Positions 10,134 through 19,312 of a stretch of 64,000 nucleotides of DNA are shown piece by piece (positions within the stretch are counted from its first letter, which is position 1; every line of letters begins with the position of its first letter). Origin of the DNA: a virus. The position numbers and the translations under genes were made by a program. The stretch is taken from the IMG/VR virus record IMGVR_UViG_3300042731_004976, positions 64,001 through 128,000 of that record; one strand, 5' to 3'. The notes beneath the pieces were generated by a model, which ran no database searches, was not told the origin of the DNA, and saw only the letters and a program-made list of their open reading frames with translations.

Positions 10134-10675
10134 TGGAGCCTCCGAGCGATTCTGAGAACCTCGTCGTCCAGGCACGCGACTATAGCCCCTAGGGCATCAT
10201 ACGGGTGCTCGTGAACGGACGCGGGGAACCCATTGTCTAACAGCTCGGCCCCAAAGTCTCGTCCGAACCTCTCGTTGAGCGCTTCAGCCACTTCTTCCTT
10301 GGTTGCGGTCTTCTTTCCGCAGATCTCCCTTTTGAGGGCCATGGGGGAGACCTGAAGGATCGGCACATCTGTCAGTTCTGATATAGAGCAGATCACTCCC
10401 CAGCCCATACCGACTTTGGCGCTGCTCCCTGCGTTCCTGGGCCAGGACTGGGATTCGCTACAGATCGCTACGACTCCTTCCGTAAGGGGGTATAGGGATC
10501 GAAAAAGCTCGCGCCCTCTTCTCACGTTGTCGTCCGAGGCGCGTACTTTCCTTTTCTTGCTACTGGCTGCGGTACGGATACATCCCAAGGTTAGTACCTC
10601 TATGGTGTCCGCGCGGATTTCCGCCAGCGCGTAGCCCAAAGAGGAGAACCCAGGATCTGTACCTAGGACACGCAC
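10130..10675 (-). CDS. ruvC: Holliday junction resolvase RuvC
   Basis: VLGTDPG...GYA, E in ICSES, LKREICG..TATKEEV, H..DALG. Confidence 0.88.
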   Translation of the reverse strand: MRVLGTDPGFSSLGYALAEIRADTIEVLTLGCIRTAASSKKRKVRASDDNVRRGRELFRSLYPLTEGVVAICSESQSWPRNAGSSAKVGMGWGVICSISELTDVPILQVSPMALKREICGKKTATKEEVAEALNERFGRDFGAELLDNGFPASVHEHPYDALGAIVACLDDEVLRIARRLQ

Positions 10676-11080
10676 CTAGTTCTTCTCCGGAGATTCCTGT
10701 GTCGGTTGTCCTGCTTCTGCTGCTCGCGTTGCTTCATCGTGCATCTGAAAGGCGCGTGACGTGAGGGCAATGGAACCCAAGATACGGTCGGCGTCGCTAC
10801 ACGAAGCCAACGTCTGTCCATCCGCAGTACGCAAGAAGGACTCGCCGGTCTCTGTTTCGACGGCTCGAACCAACTCGTGGATGTCGTCCAAACGCTTCTT
10901 CCCCCAATTGGATTCGTAGAGGAAGCAAAGAGAGCATACGACGTGTTGCTCGTCTCCGCTGGGCGGTCCCATCTCCCACATGGCTTGCCTCTTGTCGCAT
11001 CTAGAGCACGCGGACTTGAACAACGCCTTAGGAAGAGGGCGTAGGTAGCGCGTGTCGATGATCACGGGTTTCAGGGTCAC
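10676..11080 (-). CDS. hypothetical Zn-binding protein
   Basis: CSRC...CSLC; GTG 11080 overlaps the upstream TAG. Confidence 0.55.
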   Translation of the reverse strand: MTLKPVIIDTRYLRPLPKALFKSACSRCDKRQAMWEMGPPSGDEQHVVCSLCFLYESNWGKKRLDDIHELVRAVETETGESFLRTADGQTLASCSDADRILGSIALTSRAFQMHDEATRAAEAGQPTQESPEKN

Positions 11081-11931
11081 TAGAGTTCCTCCGTCGTTTT
11101 GAAGCACGGTTCTGCCAGCGAGCACTCCTCCGCCCGATTGCAGTCTGGAGACGAGCATATACGATCGGGTAGTACTCCCTTTTTGATGCCGTACCAGATC
11201 CCAGAGATCATCTCCTTGATCTTCTCGATGGTCTCGTCGTCTCGTTCGACGTAGTGCTCGATGAACGGCGACCTGTAGAGTCCCTTCACCCAGTACAGGA
11301 TCACACCCCACTTGCGTCCGGTAAGCCACATGTACGTTTGAAGCTGAACCACGTGTCCGAAGTCGGGGACGTCCCGTATCTCCTTGGATCGTCTCTCGCT
11401 AACGCTCTTTCCTTCGAGGACTCCTTCTTCGTCAGCATCGGGTAGACGAAGGAAGCCATCAGGGTGCCCTCCGATGCGGTACTCGTTGCTCTTGAAGAAC
11501 TGCTCCTGGTACTCGAAGTCGTTGTCGTCCCCGTCCCGAGGCTCTTTTCGATCCTTGCAGATGTTGCTGGTGCACGTCTTCGGTCGAGCGATGTTCCCTA
11601 CGTCAGTGTCTACCCCGCCGTAACAGGCTCCGCAGATCTTACATCGCCACCTGCCGAACAAGACTTCGATGCGGGAAAGCACTCGGTTCTGTAGCGCCCA
11701 GTGCAACCCGTGTCCGTGGTTGAACGTGAGCAGCAGATCGGTGTCGATGAAGTCATGCCGCTCGATATCCAAGATCGCCGCAAGGACTTCTTCGCGAGCG
11801 CAGAGCGACGATAGTGCAGAGACCCTCAGCCACCCTTGGGAAGTAAGCGGTTTGACCCGTCGCTCTTCCTTGAACTCGTCCTTGACCACCCGAAGAAGCG
11901 ATGGACCAGCACGCGCAATACTCTTCGCCAT
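11080..11931 (-). CDS. Cas4-like PD-(D/E)XK exonuclease
   Basis: GHPDG...EGKS, QLQTY, N-terminal C plus C-terminal C..C..C cluster. Confidence 0.8.
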   Translation of the reverse strand: MAKSIARAGPSLLRVVKDEFKEERRVKPLTSQGWLRVSALSSLCAREEVLAAILDIERHDFIDTDLLLTFNHGHGLHWALQNRVLSRIEVLFGRWRCKICGACYGGVDTDVGNIARPKTCTSNICKDRKEPRDGDDNDFEYQEQFFKSNEYRIGGHPDGFLRLPDADEEGVLEGKSVSERRSKEIRDVPDFGHVVQLQTYMWLTGRKWGVILYWVKGLYRSPFIEHYVERDDETIEKIKEMISGIWYGIKKGVLPDRICSSPDCNRAEECSLAEPCFKTTEEL

Positions 11932-12230
11932 CGTCCGATTCCCTGCTTTCTTCTTACGTCCGTGAGAACGACGTCAAGACGCCGTCTTGCCAACTCTAAC
12001 AGCTCCTCTGCCTCTAGCGGAGTCATCTCGTAACCGCAACTGGGACACTCCCACCACGATTTCTCTGGTGCCCACAGGAGCAACTCTTCGCAGGGCTCGC
12101 ATTCGAAGACAGGGATGCGGTCCTGTCCCTCGAAGACGATGCGTACTTGAGCATCTGGATGTATTACGATAGATGCACGTACCTTCGGGTCCTGGATTGC
12201 AGGTACCCTGAGATCCTCTGGATCTTTCAC
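11826..12230 (-). CDS. hypothetical Zn-ribbon protein
   Basis: CEPC...WECPSCG; overlaps the nuclease 5' end. Confidence 0.5.
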   Translation of the reverse strand: MKDPEDLRVPAIQDPKVRASIVIHPDAQVRIVFEGQDRIPVFECEPCEELLLWAPEKSWWECPSCGYEMTPLEAEELLELARRRLDVVLTDVRRKQGIGRWRRVLRVLVHRFFGWSRTSSRKSDGSNRLLPKGG

Positions 12231-12517
12231 GAGATTTCCTCCTGTTCGGAGGCGAGCTGCGCGGAGTGCTCCCGATCCGCTTCCTTCATCCCTATGCGCA
12301 GACAGCGTTCCCTTAGCTCCGCTACGTCTTCGTGACTCATTCCTAGGATGATCGCTACGCTTTCGACGTAGCCGAGTTGGGTGCTTAGGCACTCCATCAG
12401 GACGAGGAGGATCTCCTCGGAGTCCTCCGGGCGCTCGTCCATCTTCGCCACGATCTTCTTCGTGGCTTGCACCAGGGTGCTCAGCACCTCGCTGCTCAAC
12501 TCCTTCTTGTCGATCAT
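12227..12517 (-). CDS. hypothetical protein
   Basis: Coupled on both sides within the operon. Confidence 0.65.
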   Translation of the reverse strand: MIDKKELSSEVLSTLVQATKKIVAKMDERPEDSEEILLVLMECLSTQLGYVESVAIILGMSHEDVAELRERCLRIGMKEADREHSAQLASEQEEIS

Positions 12518-12936
12518 CCGCCATCGACTCCTGCGCTACGGCATAGCCGCTGAAAAACCTCCAGGGGGAGGATCATGTAGTCGTTGTGTTCTCTACCGTC
12601 CTCAGATTCGAAGGTGAATGCCAACGCTGGATCCTTCACCTGAACCTTGGCACCGTCCTCTACCTTACGTAACCACTCCTTCTTGATAGAGATCGACTTC
12701 TTGTTCGTGGTCCCCTTGTGCTCGACATGGAAGTCCATGGAGCCGATGTCGCCTCTCTTTGTGTTCTTGTCGTATGCCGAGTGCCTCCGGTTCCCCGAAC
12801 CCGAGTAGGTGCGTCCGTGCATAGCCGTAGCGACTCGTTTCTCGTTCTTTCTTGAGCGGCGCACCTTGTCGCGAGCCTCCCCATCATCCTCGAACCAACG
12901 AGGAGACGGTTTACGCGGAGGCTTCGAGTCCGACAC
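12514..12936 (-). CDS. Hjc-like PD-(D/E)XK nuclease
   Basis: E..VA....GSG...GDI.....VEHK-T, typical of phage resolvase-like nucleases. Confidence 0.7.
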   Translation of the reverse strand: MSDSKPPRKPSPRWFEDDGEARDKVRRSRKNEKRVATAMHGRTYSGSGNRRHSAYDKNTKRGDIGSMDFHVEHKGTTNKKSISIKKEWLRKVEDGAKVQVKDPALAFTFESEDGREHNDYMILPLEVFQRLCRSAGVDGG

Positions 12937-12939
12937 TGT

Positions 12940-14022
12940 TCAACCCTGAGAGGAGAGCGTTGCCATGACAGCCTTGTGCATCTTCGTGTAGAACGCTTTG
13001 TCTTCGATCAGGCGCATCTCCACGAGTGACTTTGCCTTGAACGTTTCGTCCAGAGCCGTCCACTTCGAGCCGCCTCCGGAAACCAGGCCGACCTTCTCTG
13101 CGAGCTTGACGAGAGGGCCCTCGTTGAAGATGTCTCCCACCTTACGGTTCTCCGTATCCATGAGGCACATCTTGTACTCGCCCTCCATCTTGGCGGGGGC
13201 GCTCTTGTTCTTCTCGACACGGTACTTGAATTCCGCAGTGAGAGGCATCCCTGTCAGGTCGTCCATCTCGTACTTGCCCGAACCGAGCTTGGTCTCTGTC
13301 GTGGCAGCGAATCCCGGAGCCATTCCTCCTGGTTGAGTCTCGGGAGAGCCGAACATGACACCGACCTTCATGCGGATCTGGTTCGTGAAGAACAGGGTGG
13401 GGCCCCTACCCGTTTCGTTCCGTCGTGCATTGACTGCCGATACGAACTTTCGAATACCCTTGCCCAAGATGCGTGCTTGCAGACCAACCGTCTCCTTGGA
13501 AACGCTCTCCTCGATCTCCTTGGCAGGCGTCATGAATGCGAGCGAGTCGATACACAACACGTCGCAACTATCTCGAACGACCGCTTCGGCAATGTCGAGA
13601 GTTTGCTCTGCGTATTCGGGAATGGACAAGAGCAACCGATCGAGGTTCACGCCCATCTTGGCTGCCCAGGGCAAGTCGAGCGTGCCCTCTACGTCCAGGA
13701 AAGCCACGACAGGCTCTCGTTTGGACCCACAGGTGCACTCCTCCAGGAGACTCCAACAGCTAGCACAGCGTCGTTGTGCTTGTCCGATGGCCTTGAGGAA
13801 GGTGGTGGTCTTTCCGGCGGACTTGTTTCCCCAGAGAACGTTCATGCGGCCAGCGGGAAACCCCCCACCGAGCGCGTAGTCCAGCATCATGATACCGGTG
13901 GGGATCCTCGGGACCTGCACCGCACCGAAGTCTGAGGCACGAGTGAAGATCGCATCACCCCAGTTCTTCTTCATCTTGGCAACAGCTTTGGATGCCAGCA
14001 GCTTGTCGAGGTCGTCAGCCAT
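12940..14022 (-). CDS. recA: RecA/UvsX recombinase
   Basis: PTGIMMLDYALGGG, GNKSAGKTT, FLDVEG, IDSLA, NQIRMKVGVMFGSPETQPGG, KNK; AGGAAGG RBS before ATG 14022. Confidence 0.95.
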   Translation of the reverse strand: MADDLDKLLASKAVAKMKKNWGDAIFTRASDFGAVQVPRIPTGIMMLDYALGGGFPAGRMNVLWGNKSAGKTTTFLKAIGQAQRRCASCWSLLEECTCGSKREPVVAFLDVEGTLDLPWAAKMGVNLDRLLLSIPEYAEQTLDIAEAVVRDSCDVLCIDSLAFMTPAKEIEESVSKETVGLQARILGKGIRKFVSAVNARRNETGRGPTLFFTNQIRMKVGVMFGSPETQPGGMAPGFAATTETKLGSGKYEMDDLTGMPLTAEFKYRVEKNKSAPAKMEGEYKMCLMDTENRKVGDIFNEGPLVKLAEKVGLVSGGGSKWTALDETFKAKSLVEMRLIEDKAFYTKMHKAVMATLSSQG

Positions 14023-14084
14023 AGGGCCCTTCCTTCTTGGAGTTTCCGTTAGACTCGATGAGTCGATCATTCCCGCACTAGCTC

Positions 14085-14471
14085 TCAGAACGGATCATCG
14101 TCGCTTCCGAAGATGCTTTCCTTCTTCGAAGGCGCCCCGCCCTTTGTTTCAAGAGCTTCTTGTTCTTTCGATATGATCTTGCCGGCCCACGAGCGCGCGT
14201 AAGCGTACGCCTCGCTGATCTCTTCTCGGTAGCACGGAACCGTGACTCCTACCGTCACACGAGCAGACTCGTAGTTGCCCATGTTCTTCGTGACTCCTAC
14301 CTCGAAGCGCACCAGCGCCGGTTCGGTCACGAACTTGTGGACCGCTAGAGGTTTTTCTTCCTCCTCGATGTCCCCCTCACCGTCCTTGTCTACGAATTGA
14401 CGGTGAACGAGAACCAACGATTCCACTACCGTGGATCCCTCGTCGAGGGAGCCATTCTCTTCGTCGCCCAT
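14085..14471 (-). CDS. conserved phage hypothetical protein with DDDPF tail
   Basis: GVTKNMGNYESARV motif; acidic C-terminus. Confidence 0.7.
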   Translation of the reverse strand: MGDEENGSLDEGSTVVESLVLVHRQFVDKDGEGDIEEEEKPLAVHKFVTEPALVRFEVGVTKNMGNYESARVTVGVTVPCYREEISEAYAYARSWAGKIISKEQEALETKGGAPSKKESIFGSDDDPF

Positions 14472-14489
14472 GTCTTTCTCCGTCCGTGT

Positions 14490-15317
14490 TCAGCGGACGA
14501 GCTTCGCGCCCATCACGCCGAGCTTCTTCCAACCGTCCAGTACTTCGTCGTGGAAGGACTTCCACGCAGCCTTCCCCCGAATGTGCCCGAGGCGCTTGTC
14601 CATGGCAGCTTTCACGACGTTGATCATCTCTACTGTGTAGAGGCGGTACTTGGTCTTCGATGCGCGAAAGGGAGTTTTCGGCAACCGGCCCAGCTCTTCC
14701 ATCTGGTCGACCGTAACAACGGTGCGGCTGATGGCGCGGGCTAGCTCTCCTACACGAAAGAGGTCAACAGTCTGGGGGTTCTTCTTTCCTTTGAACAGCA
14801 CGCTGCGAGGGAAAGATCGAATCTCTGGGGTTTCCAGGGTTCTATTGGGATCTACTTTTCCCTTAGCCACGAAGAGATCGTGGATGAACGTGACCTGCTC
14901 CTCGGTGTATAGACGATCGCCCTTTGTGTTCTTGAGCGGGGTTTCCGGCAGTAGGCCCCGCTTCTCCCAGATTCGGACAGCCTGTACGGAACATCCGAGG
15001 GTCTTGGCTACCGCACCGATGGAGAACAGGCGTGACGTGGCCTCGCCCACTCCGGCTGTGACCACCTTGTAGGATTGCTTGTCTGTATCCCGCAGCTTCT
15101 GCGCCTGCCGCTCCTTGAACTTCTCCTCGCGTTCCTTCTTACGACGCTTCTCGCGACTCTCTCGGTTGGCGTCGAGGACCCTCTGTCGGTACTCGGGATC
15201 GGTCTGGTAGCGGTTACGCCGGCTCTTGTTCAGAGCCTCACCGTTTTCTTCGTACCACTCCTTGAAGTCAAATCCCTCCTGACTGTCTTGGGAGGAGCGG
15301 GAGCTGGGAGTAGCCAT
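14490..15317 (-). CDS. tandem MerR-like HTH DNA-binding protein
   Basis: FSIGAVAKTLGCSVQAVRIWEKRGLLP...RLYT and FRVGELARAISRTVVTV..ME..GRLP...RLYT. Confidence 0.8.
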   Translation of the reverse strand: MATPSSRSSQDSQEGFDFKEWYEENGEALNKSRRNRYQTDPEYRQRVLDANRESREKRRKKEREEKFKERQAQKLRDTDKQSYKVVTAGVGEATSRLFSIGAVAKTLGCSVQAVRIWEKRGLLPETPLKNTKGDRLYTEEQVTFIHDLFVAKGKVDPNRTLETPEIRSFPRSVLFKGKKNPQTVDLFRVGELARAISRTVVTVDQMEELGRLPKTPFRASKTKYRLYTVEMINVVKAAMDKRLGHIRGKAAWKSFHDEVLDGWKKLGVMGAKLVR

Positions 15318-15323
15318 ACTTGA

Positions 15324-15352
15324 GCAATACAAATAGGTTATAGAATTGTCAA
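15324..15352 (-). promoter_or_regulatory. sigma70-type promoter, leaderless
   Basis: TTGACA-17-TATTGC-6nt-ATG (15317). Confidence 0.7.
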
Positions 15353-16695
15353 GTTACCTTAGCGTAGAGCCGGTCCCGGGACCGGGCCGCCGCTTGGAAG
15401 GGCCTGACGTTGTCATCTCGTATATCGACGATGATGGGGTCCTTTTTGCCCTCATAGGGCCTCTGGATGCGACCTACAGCCTGTTCCACGTCGCTCATGG
15501 GGGTAGCCAAAACGAGGGTGTCCAAAGCCGGTATGTCGAGTCCCTCGGCTGCGTACTGGCTGGTGGCGAAAATCACGGTGGCTTTGGCGTCTTCTGCCAA
15601 CTCCTCCTTGGATCGCCCTCCCACATAGTAGCCTGAGGACGGCGTGGGGGTGTCCGGGTACTCTTGGAGCCACAGGGCTCTATAGTGTTTGTCGATCTCG
15701 TCCAGGTGCTGTAGGCGCTCGCTCAGGACCAGAACTTTACGCCCCGCAGCCACAGCACGAACTATCTGGTTTGCGATCACGCTGTTCCGTTGCTGAGAAG
15801 CTACGAGGAACTTGAGGATGAGGGAGCGAGGAGCCAGCTTGGGATTGAATCTCGGGGTCTTCACCAGACGGAAGGTCGACCACACCCGCTTGACCTTCAC
15901 CTTGAGTCGTTGCTCTTCGCTCGTGAAGATGACGGGCCCGATGTGTTGCAGGAAAACGTTGTCCGCCCCGTCTTTCCTCCTTGGAGTAGCGCTGACACCC
16001 AAACGCCACCTCGCCCAGAATTGAGGAGGGACCGCAGACCAGGTTTCAGCTCCTATTCGATGGCACTCGTCCGTGAGGAGTAGACCGAAGTAGTGATATA
16101 GCGCGTCCGGGTACGTCTTCTGCGCCAGAGAGTGCACCATCGCCATGACGATGTGCTTACCCTCGAAGTCGCACGTATCTTTCTGAACCAGGCCGACCTT
16201 AGCATCCGGAAGGAATTGCTCTATGCGCTCTCGCCACTGGTTCATCAAAAACTCCTTGTGAACGAGTACAAGGGTAGGAACCTTCAACTGAGAGATCGTG
16301 GCACAACTGAAGACCGTTTTGCCCCATCCGGGCTTGGCTCGAACGATACCTCCCGTGTTGTATGGGTCGGACAGCATCGTCGTTACCTGATCAAGTCCCT
16401 TTTGTTGCTCCGAACGAAGGATGCCTTTGAACTCGATGTCTCCTGGCCAAGGGGATCCTTTCGAGTAGCTCAACTCGATCTCGTGGTACGGCTTCCGTCT
16501 CGGCAGGAAGTAGCCTCTGGGAACGCCGATGTGCGTCTCAGTTTCTCGCCACAGCTCGATAGGGGCAGGAGGGTCTCCTGGGTGATCTCCGATCTTACGA
16601 GGAATCACCAAGCACTGCTCTTTGATGGCACGTAGCTGTACCACCGTCAGCTCCTCCTTCGGGAGCCAAGCGTACCTGTCTACGGTGACCTTCAA
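15349..16695 (-). CDS. superfamily II DExH helicase (UvsW/Rad25-like)
   Basis: PGWGKT, DECH, SATP, EGLDIP, QAVGRIQR. Confidence 0.93.
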   Translation of the reverse strand: MKVTVDRYAWLPKEELTVVQLRAIKEQCLVIPRKIGDHPGDPPAPIELWRETETHIGVPRGYFLPRRKPYHEIELSYSKGSPWPGDIEFKGILRSEQQKGLDQVTTMLSDPYNTGGIVRAKPGWGKTVFSCATISQLKVPTLVLVHKEFLMNQWRERIEQFLPDAKVGLVQKDTCDFEGKHIVMAMVHSLAQKTYPDALYHYFGLLLTDECHRIGAETWSAVPPQFWARWRLGVSATPRRKDGADNVFLQHIGPVIFTSEEQRLKVKVKRVWSTFRLVKTPRFNPKLAPRSLILKFLVASQQRNSVIANQIVRAVAAGRKVLVLSERLQHLDEIDKHYRALWLQEYPDTPTPSSGYYVGGRSKEELAEDAKATVIFATSQYAAEGLDIPALDTLVLATPMSDVEQAVGRIQRPYEGKKDPIIVDIRDDNVRPFQAAARSRDRLYAKVT

Positions 16696-16960
16696 GGTTG
16701 CTTGTTCTTCCTCAAAGCTGCCCGGCTCATGCTTTGCACATCGGGAGTCAGCTTCTCACTGTCTTGGAAGGCCATCTCTCGTTCGACCATCGTGGCCCAG
16801 TTAGACGGCGGTTCGTCCCCCTTGTCTTTCGCGTGCCAGGTGATGTTGACCTTGCGCCGTTCCCCCGTCTTGTCCGAAGCGCAAACCTCGATGCCAGACT
16901 TACCCAGGTAGAGAACGGACCAGATCAGTTTCATCGCACGTGTCCTCAAGTAGATCTAAG

Positions 16961-16984
16961 CCCGGAGAGCCGAAACCCTCCGGG
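16961..16984 (-). terminator. GC-rich hairpin downstream of the ssDNA-binding gene (terminator or processing site)
   Basis: Minus strand CCCGGAGGGT-TTCG-GCTCTCCGGG, a 10-bp stem including G-U pairs; only a weak U-tract. Confidence 0.45.
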
Positions 16985-16998
16985 CCCGAAAACTCCGA

Positions 16999-17811
16999 TC
17001 AGAAAGGAACGTCGTCCTCGCCACCGCTTCCGGCCGACACGTCCTTCTTCCCGTTGTCTCCGTCTTCGCTCTGCCCTGTGGCTTCCTCGCGAGTGACTCC
17101 TCCGAGAAGCTGCCGGATGAAGTCGTTCCCTCGGGGCTTCAGGATCTCCATGTAGTTGAATGGAACGACACGGCGGAGGAGCCGCCCCTCGTCGTCGAAG
17201 TCCAACTGGAAAATCTGTTTGAGCAAGTCCATCGACTGCTCGTTCTCCTCGGCCTTGTCCCAAAGCTCGGAAAGCTTCTTGCCCTTGTAGTTGGCGACGG
17301 AGAAGAGCGCGTCGTGGTCTTCGACCGGCTTGACGTACTCCCACTCGTCTCCCGTTGAGGGCTTGTTGTCGTCCTCGCGATGGACCTTGGTCTTCATCAT
17401 GACCAAGGAGCCGCGTTCATCCTTCTTACGGCGCCACTTCTTCAGCATGCCGAGCTTCGCACCGCAGAGCTTCAGCTCGTACTGGTACTTGTTGCCCTTC
17501 TTGCTGACGTACAGAGTGCAGTCGACCACGGTGAGGTAGCCGATGTAGTACCGGCTTCGTTCCCCGAGACGGACGCACGACTCGCAGGGATCTTCCACAC
17601 CCTTCATGCAGGTGTGCTCGTTCTGCCAGTTGCCGTTGATCTTGGCGTTGTGCTCGTAGATGCAGAACGCCTCGTCGTCGACTAGGACCAGATCTCGTCC
17701 AGTCCCCGGAGGAAGCCACAGTCGCTGCGGTCCCGACAGCGATTGAAGCCGCTGCTCCTCCTTGTTGATCCCATCGTATCCCTGGTTGTACCAACTGGGT
17801 GTTTCAGACAT
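16999..17811 (-). CDS. phage-type (gp32-like) ssDNA-binding protein
   Basis: EH...C....C..C zinc-like site, acidic C-terminus EDDVPF, position next to the primase. Confidence 0.65.
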   Translation of the reverse strand: MSETPSWYNQGYDGINKEEQRLQSLSGPQRLWLPPGTGRDLVLVDDEAFCIYEHNAKINGNWQNEHTCMKGVEDPCESCVRLGERSRYYIGYLTVVDCTLYVSKKGNKYQYELKLCGAKLGMLKKWRRKKDERGSLVMMKTKVHREDDNKPSTGDEWEYVKPVEDHDALFSVANYKGKKLSELWDKAEENEQSMDLLKQIFQLDFDDEGRLLRRVVPFNYMEILKPRGNDFIRQLLGGVTREEATGQSEDGDNGKKDVSAGSGGEDDVPF

Positions 17812-17869
17812 GTTGTCTCCTTCTTCGCCTTTACGGCACTTGATTGCCCTATCTCCGGGCAGGACGCGA

Positions 17870-17898
17870 AAGCTATCAAGAGAAGTTCAGATTGTCAA
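17870..17898 (-). promoter_or_regulatory. sigma70-type promoter
   Basis: TTGACA-17-TAGCTT. Confidence 0.7.
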
Positions 17899-18997
17899 AG
17901 GCAAGCATCTCGTCCAACTCGTCCTGTTCGTAGTTGTCTGGATCCTTACCTGGGGTCACATCCGCAACTGCTACGGGAATGCGACCTTTCAACGTATGGG
18001 ACCAGGCTTCGGCTGCTTTGGCTCCAGCCTCGTCTCCGTCCGGTAGAATGATTACACGCTTGAAGAACTGCACGATCTTTGAGGCTTGAACAGCGCTCAT
18101 GTGACTCCCCATGATTCCACACGTGCTCGGGTAGCCCATCTGGTGCAAGTACAGAACATCGAAGTGGCCTTCCACGAGGATGCCCTCATCCGTCTTGTCC
18201 GCTAGGTGCTCTCCAAAGAGGAAGTAGTCCCTCTTGAACCCTTTCGAGTGGAGGAACTTCGGTTCCTGTTCAGGGATCCACTTTATCTCCCCGGTTTCTG
18301 GATCTTTTACCTTCTTGTCGAGAGCGCGCCCCGTGATTGCTACCAGACCTCCCTCGTGGTCTCGGACAGGAATCACTACGCGGCGTCTATGCGGTTGCCA
18401 GCCCAGTTCGAAAACCTCGATGGTGGTGGTCGTTAGCCTCCGGCGGGGACCCATCAGGTAGTCTCGTACCGCGGGAGGTATTTCAGCGAAGGGCTTTAGA
18501 TCCTTCTCGGGGAGGAGACCGTACTCCAGCGAGTCGATGGGGGGTGGTTTTGGCATCTCCAGCGAAGAGGGAGATCCCAACCAGTAAGCCGTACGGGAGA
18601 TCTTGACGGGGCTTGGGTCTTCGGCGAACTTGCTCTTGTACTCGAACTCTGCGGTACTGGGACAGTCTCCGGACACAAGACGACAGGCACGGGCGTACCA
18701 AGGAAGTGGTTTCCAGTATCGCTTGCCATCGTCTCCTTCCTTCCAAACCCCAGAGGAGCGAAAGCGAGCAAGAAGCCAGATCATGTCCCTCGCGCTGCCT
18801 GTGACGCCGCAGGAGTGACAGAACACATGGCTCTCCCCTCCTGCGTTGATGGCGATGCCGAAAGAAGGTCGACGATCACGTCCCTTACTGTGGCGCCATT
18901 GCGCAAACGGGCACGTCCCGTTCACCCAAGCAGCTGTGTGTTTCGTCCGTTCACTGCCGAGAACTGAGAACAGCCTCTCGATCTTTCCAGCGTCCAT
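17876..18997 (-). CDS. dnaG: DNA primase (CHC2 Zn finger plus TOPRIM)
   Basis: CPF...H.....PSF...CHSC, RVVIPVRD, VEGHFD, DGDEAG, KDP. Confidence 0.9.
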   Translation of the reverse strand: MDAGKIERLFSVLGSERTKHTAAWVNGTCPFAQWRHSKGRDRRPSFGIAINAGGESHVFCHSCGVTGSARDMIWLLARFRSSGVWKEGDDGKRYWKPLPWYARACRLVSGDCPSTAEFEYKSKFAEDPSPVKISRTAYWLGSPSSLEMPKPPPIDSLEYGLLPEKDLKPFAEIPPAVRDYLMGPRRRLTTTTIEVFELGWQPHRRRVVIPVRDHEGGLVAITGRALDKKVKDPETGEIKWIPEQEPKFLHSKGFKRDYFLFGEHLADKTDEGILVEGHFDVLYLHQMGYPSTCGIMGSHMSAVQASKIVQFFKRVIILPDGDEAGAKAAEAWSHTLKGRIPVAVADVTPGKDPDNYEQDELDEMLAFDNLNFS

Positions 18998-19006
18998 AGG
19001 TTAGTC

Positions 19007-19312
19007 TCACAGAGTGTCTTCGCGGTCTACTTCGGGAGCCAGGCTTAGTCCGAGCTTATCTCCCTCCTTTCTTAGAAGTCGATCGAACGCCAACACGGCT
19101 CTGGCGGGTTTGCGCATGTGCTCCTGATTGCGCTTCCGCCCCTTGAGTGTGAGACGTATCGTCGGTCCTTTCTCAGATCCTCTCTCCAGGTACCCTTGGT
19201 TTGTCAGGGAACCCCTGGCGATCTCGAACGCGATGGGGAACTGGTGGCCCTTCTTCATGATGGCCATTGTCACATGCTTCAGCATCACGGGTATGTCCCC
19301 AGGAGCAGTCAT
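19007..19312 (-). CDS. hypothetical protein
   Basis: TGATG coupling to dnaB. Confidence 0.6.
   Translation of the reverse strand: MTAPGDIPVMLKHVTMAIMKKGHQFPIAFEIARGSLTNQGYLERGSEKGPTIRLTLKGRKRNQEHMRKPARAVLAFDRLLRKEGDKLGLSLAPEVDREDTL

Noticed and set aside
11080-11931. Cas4-like nuclease as evidence of a CRISPR-Cas system
   Set aside because: No repeat-spacer array or other cas genes seen; solo Cas4-like nucleases are common in phage recombination modules.
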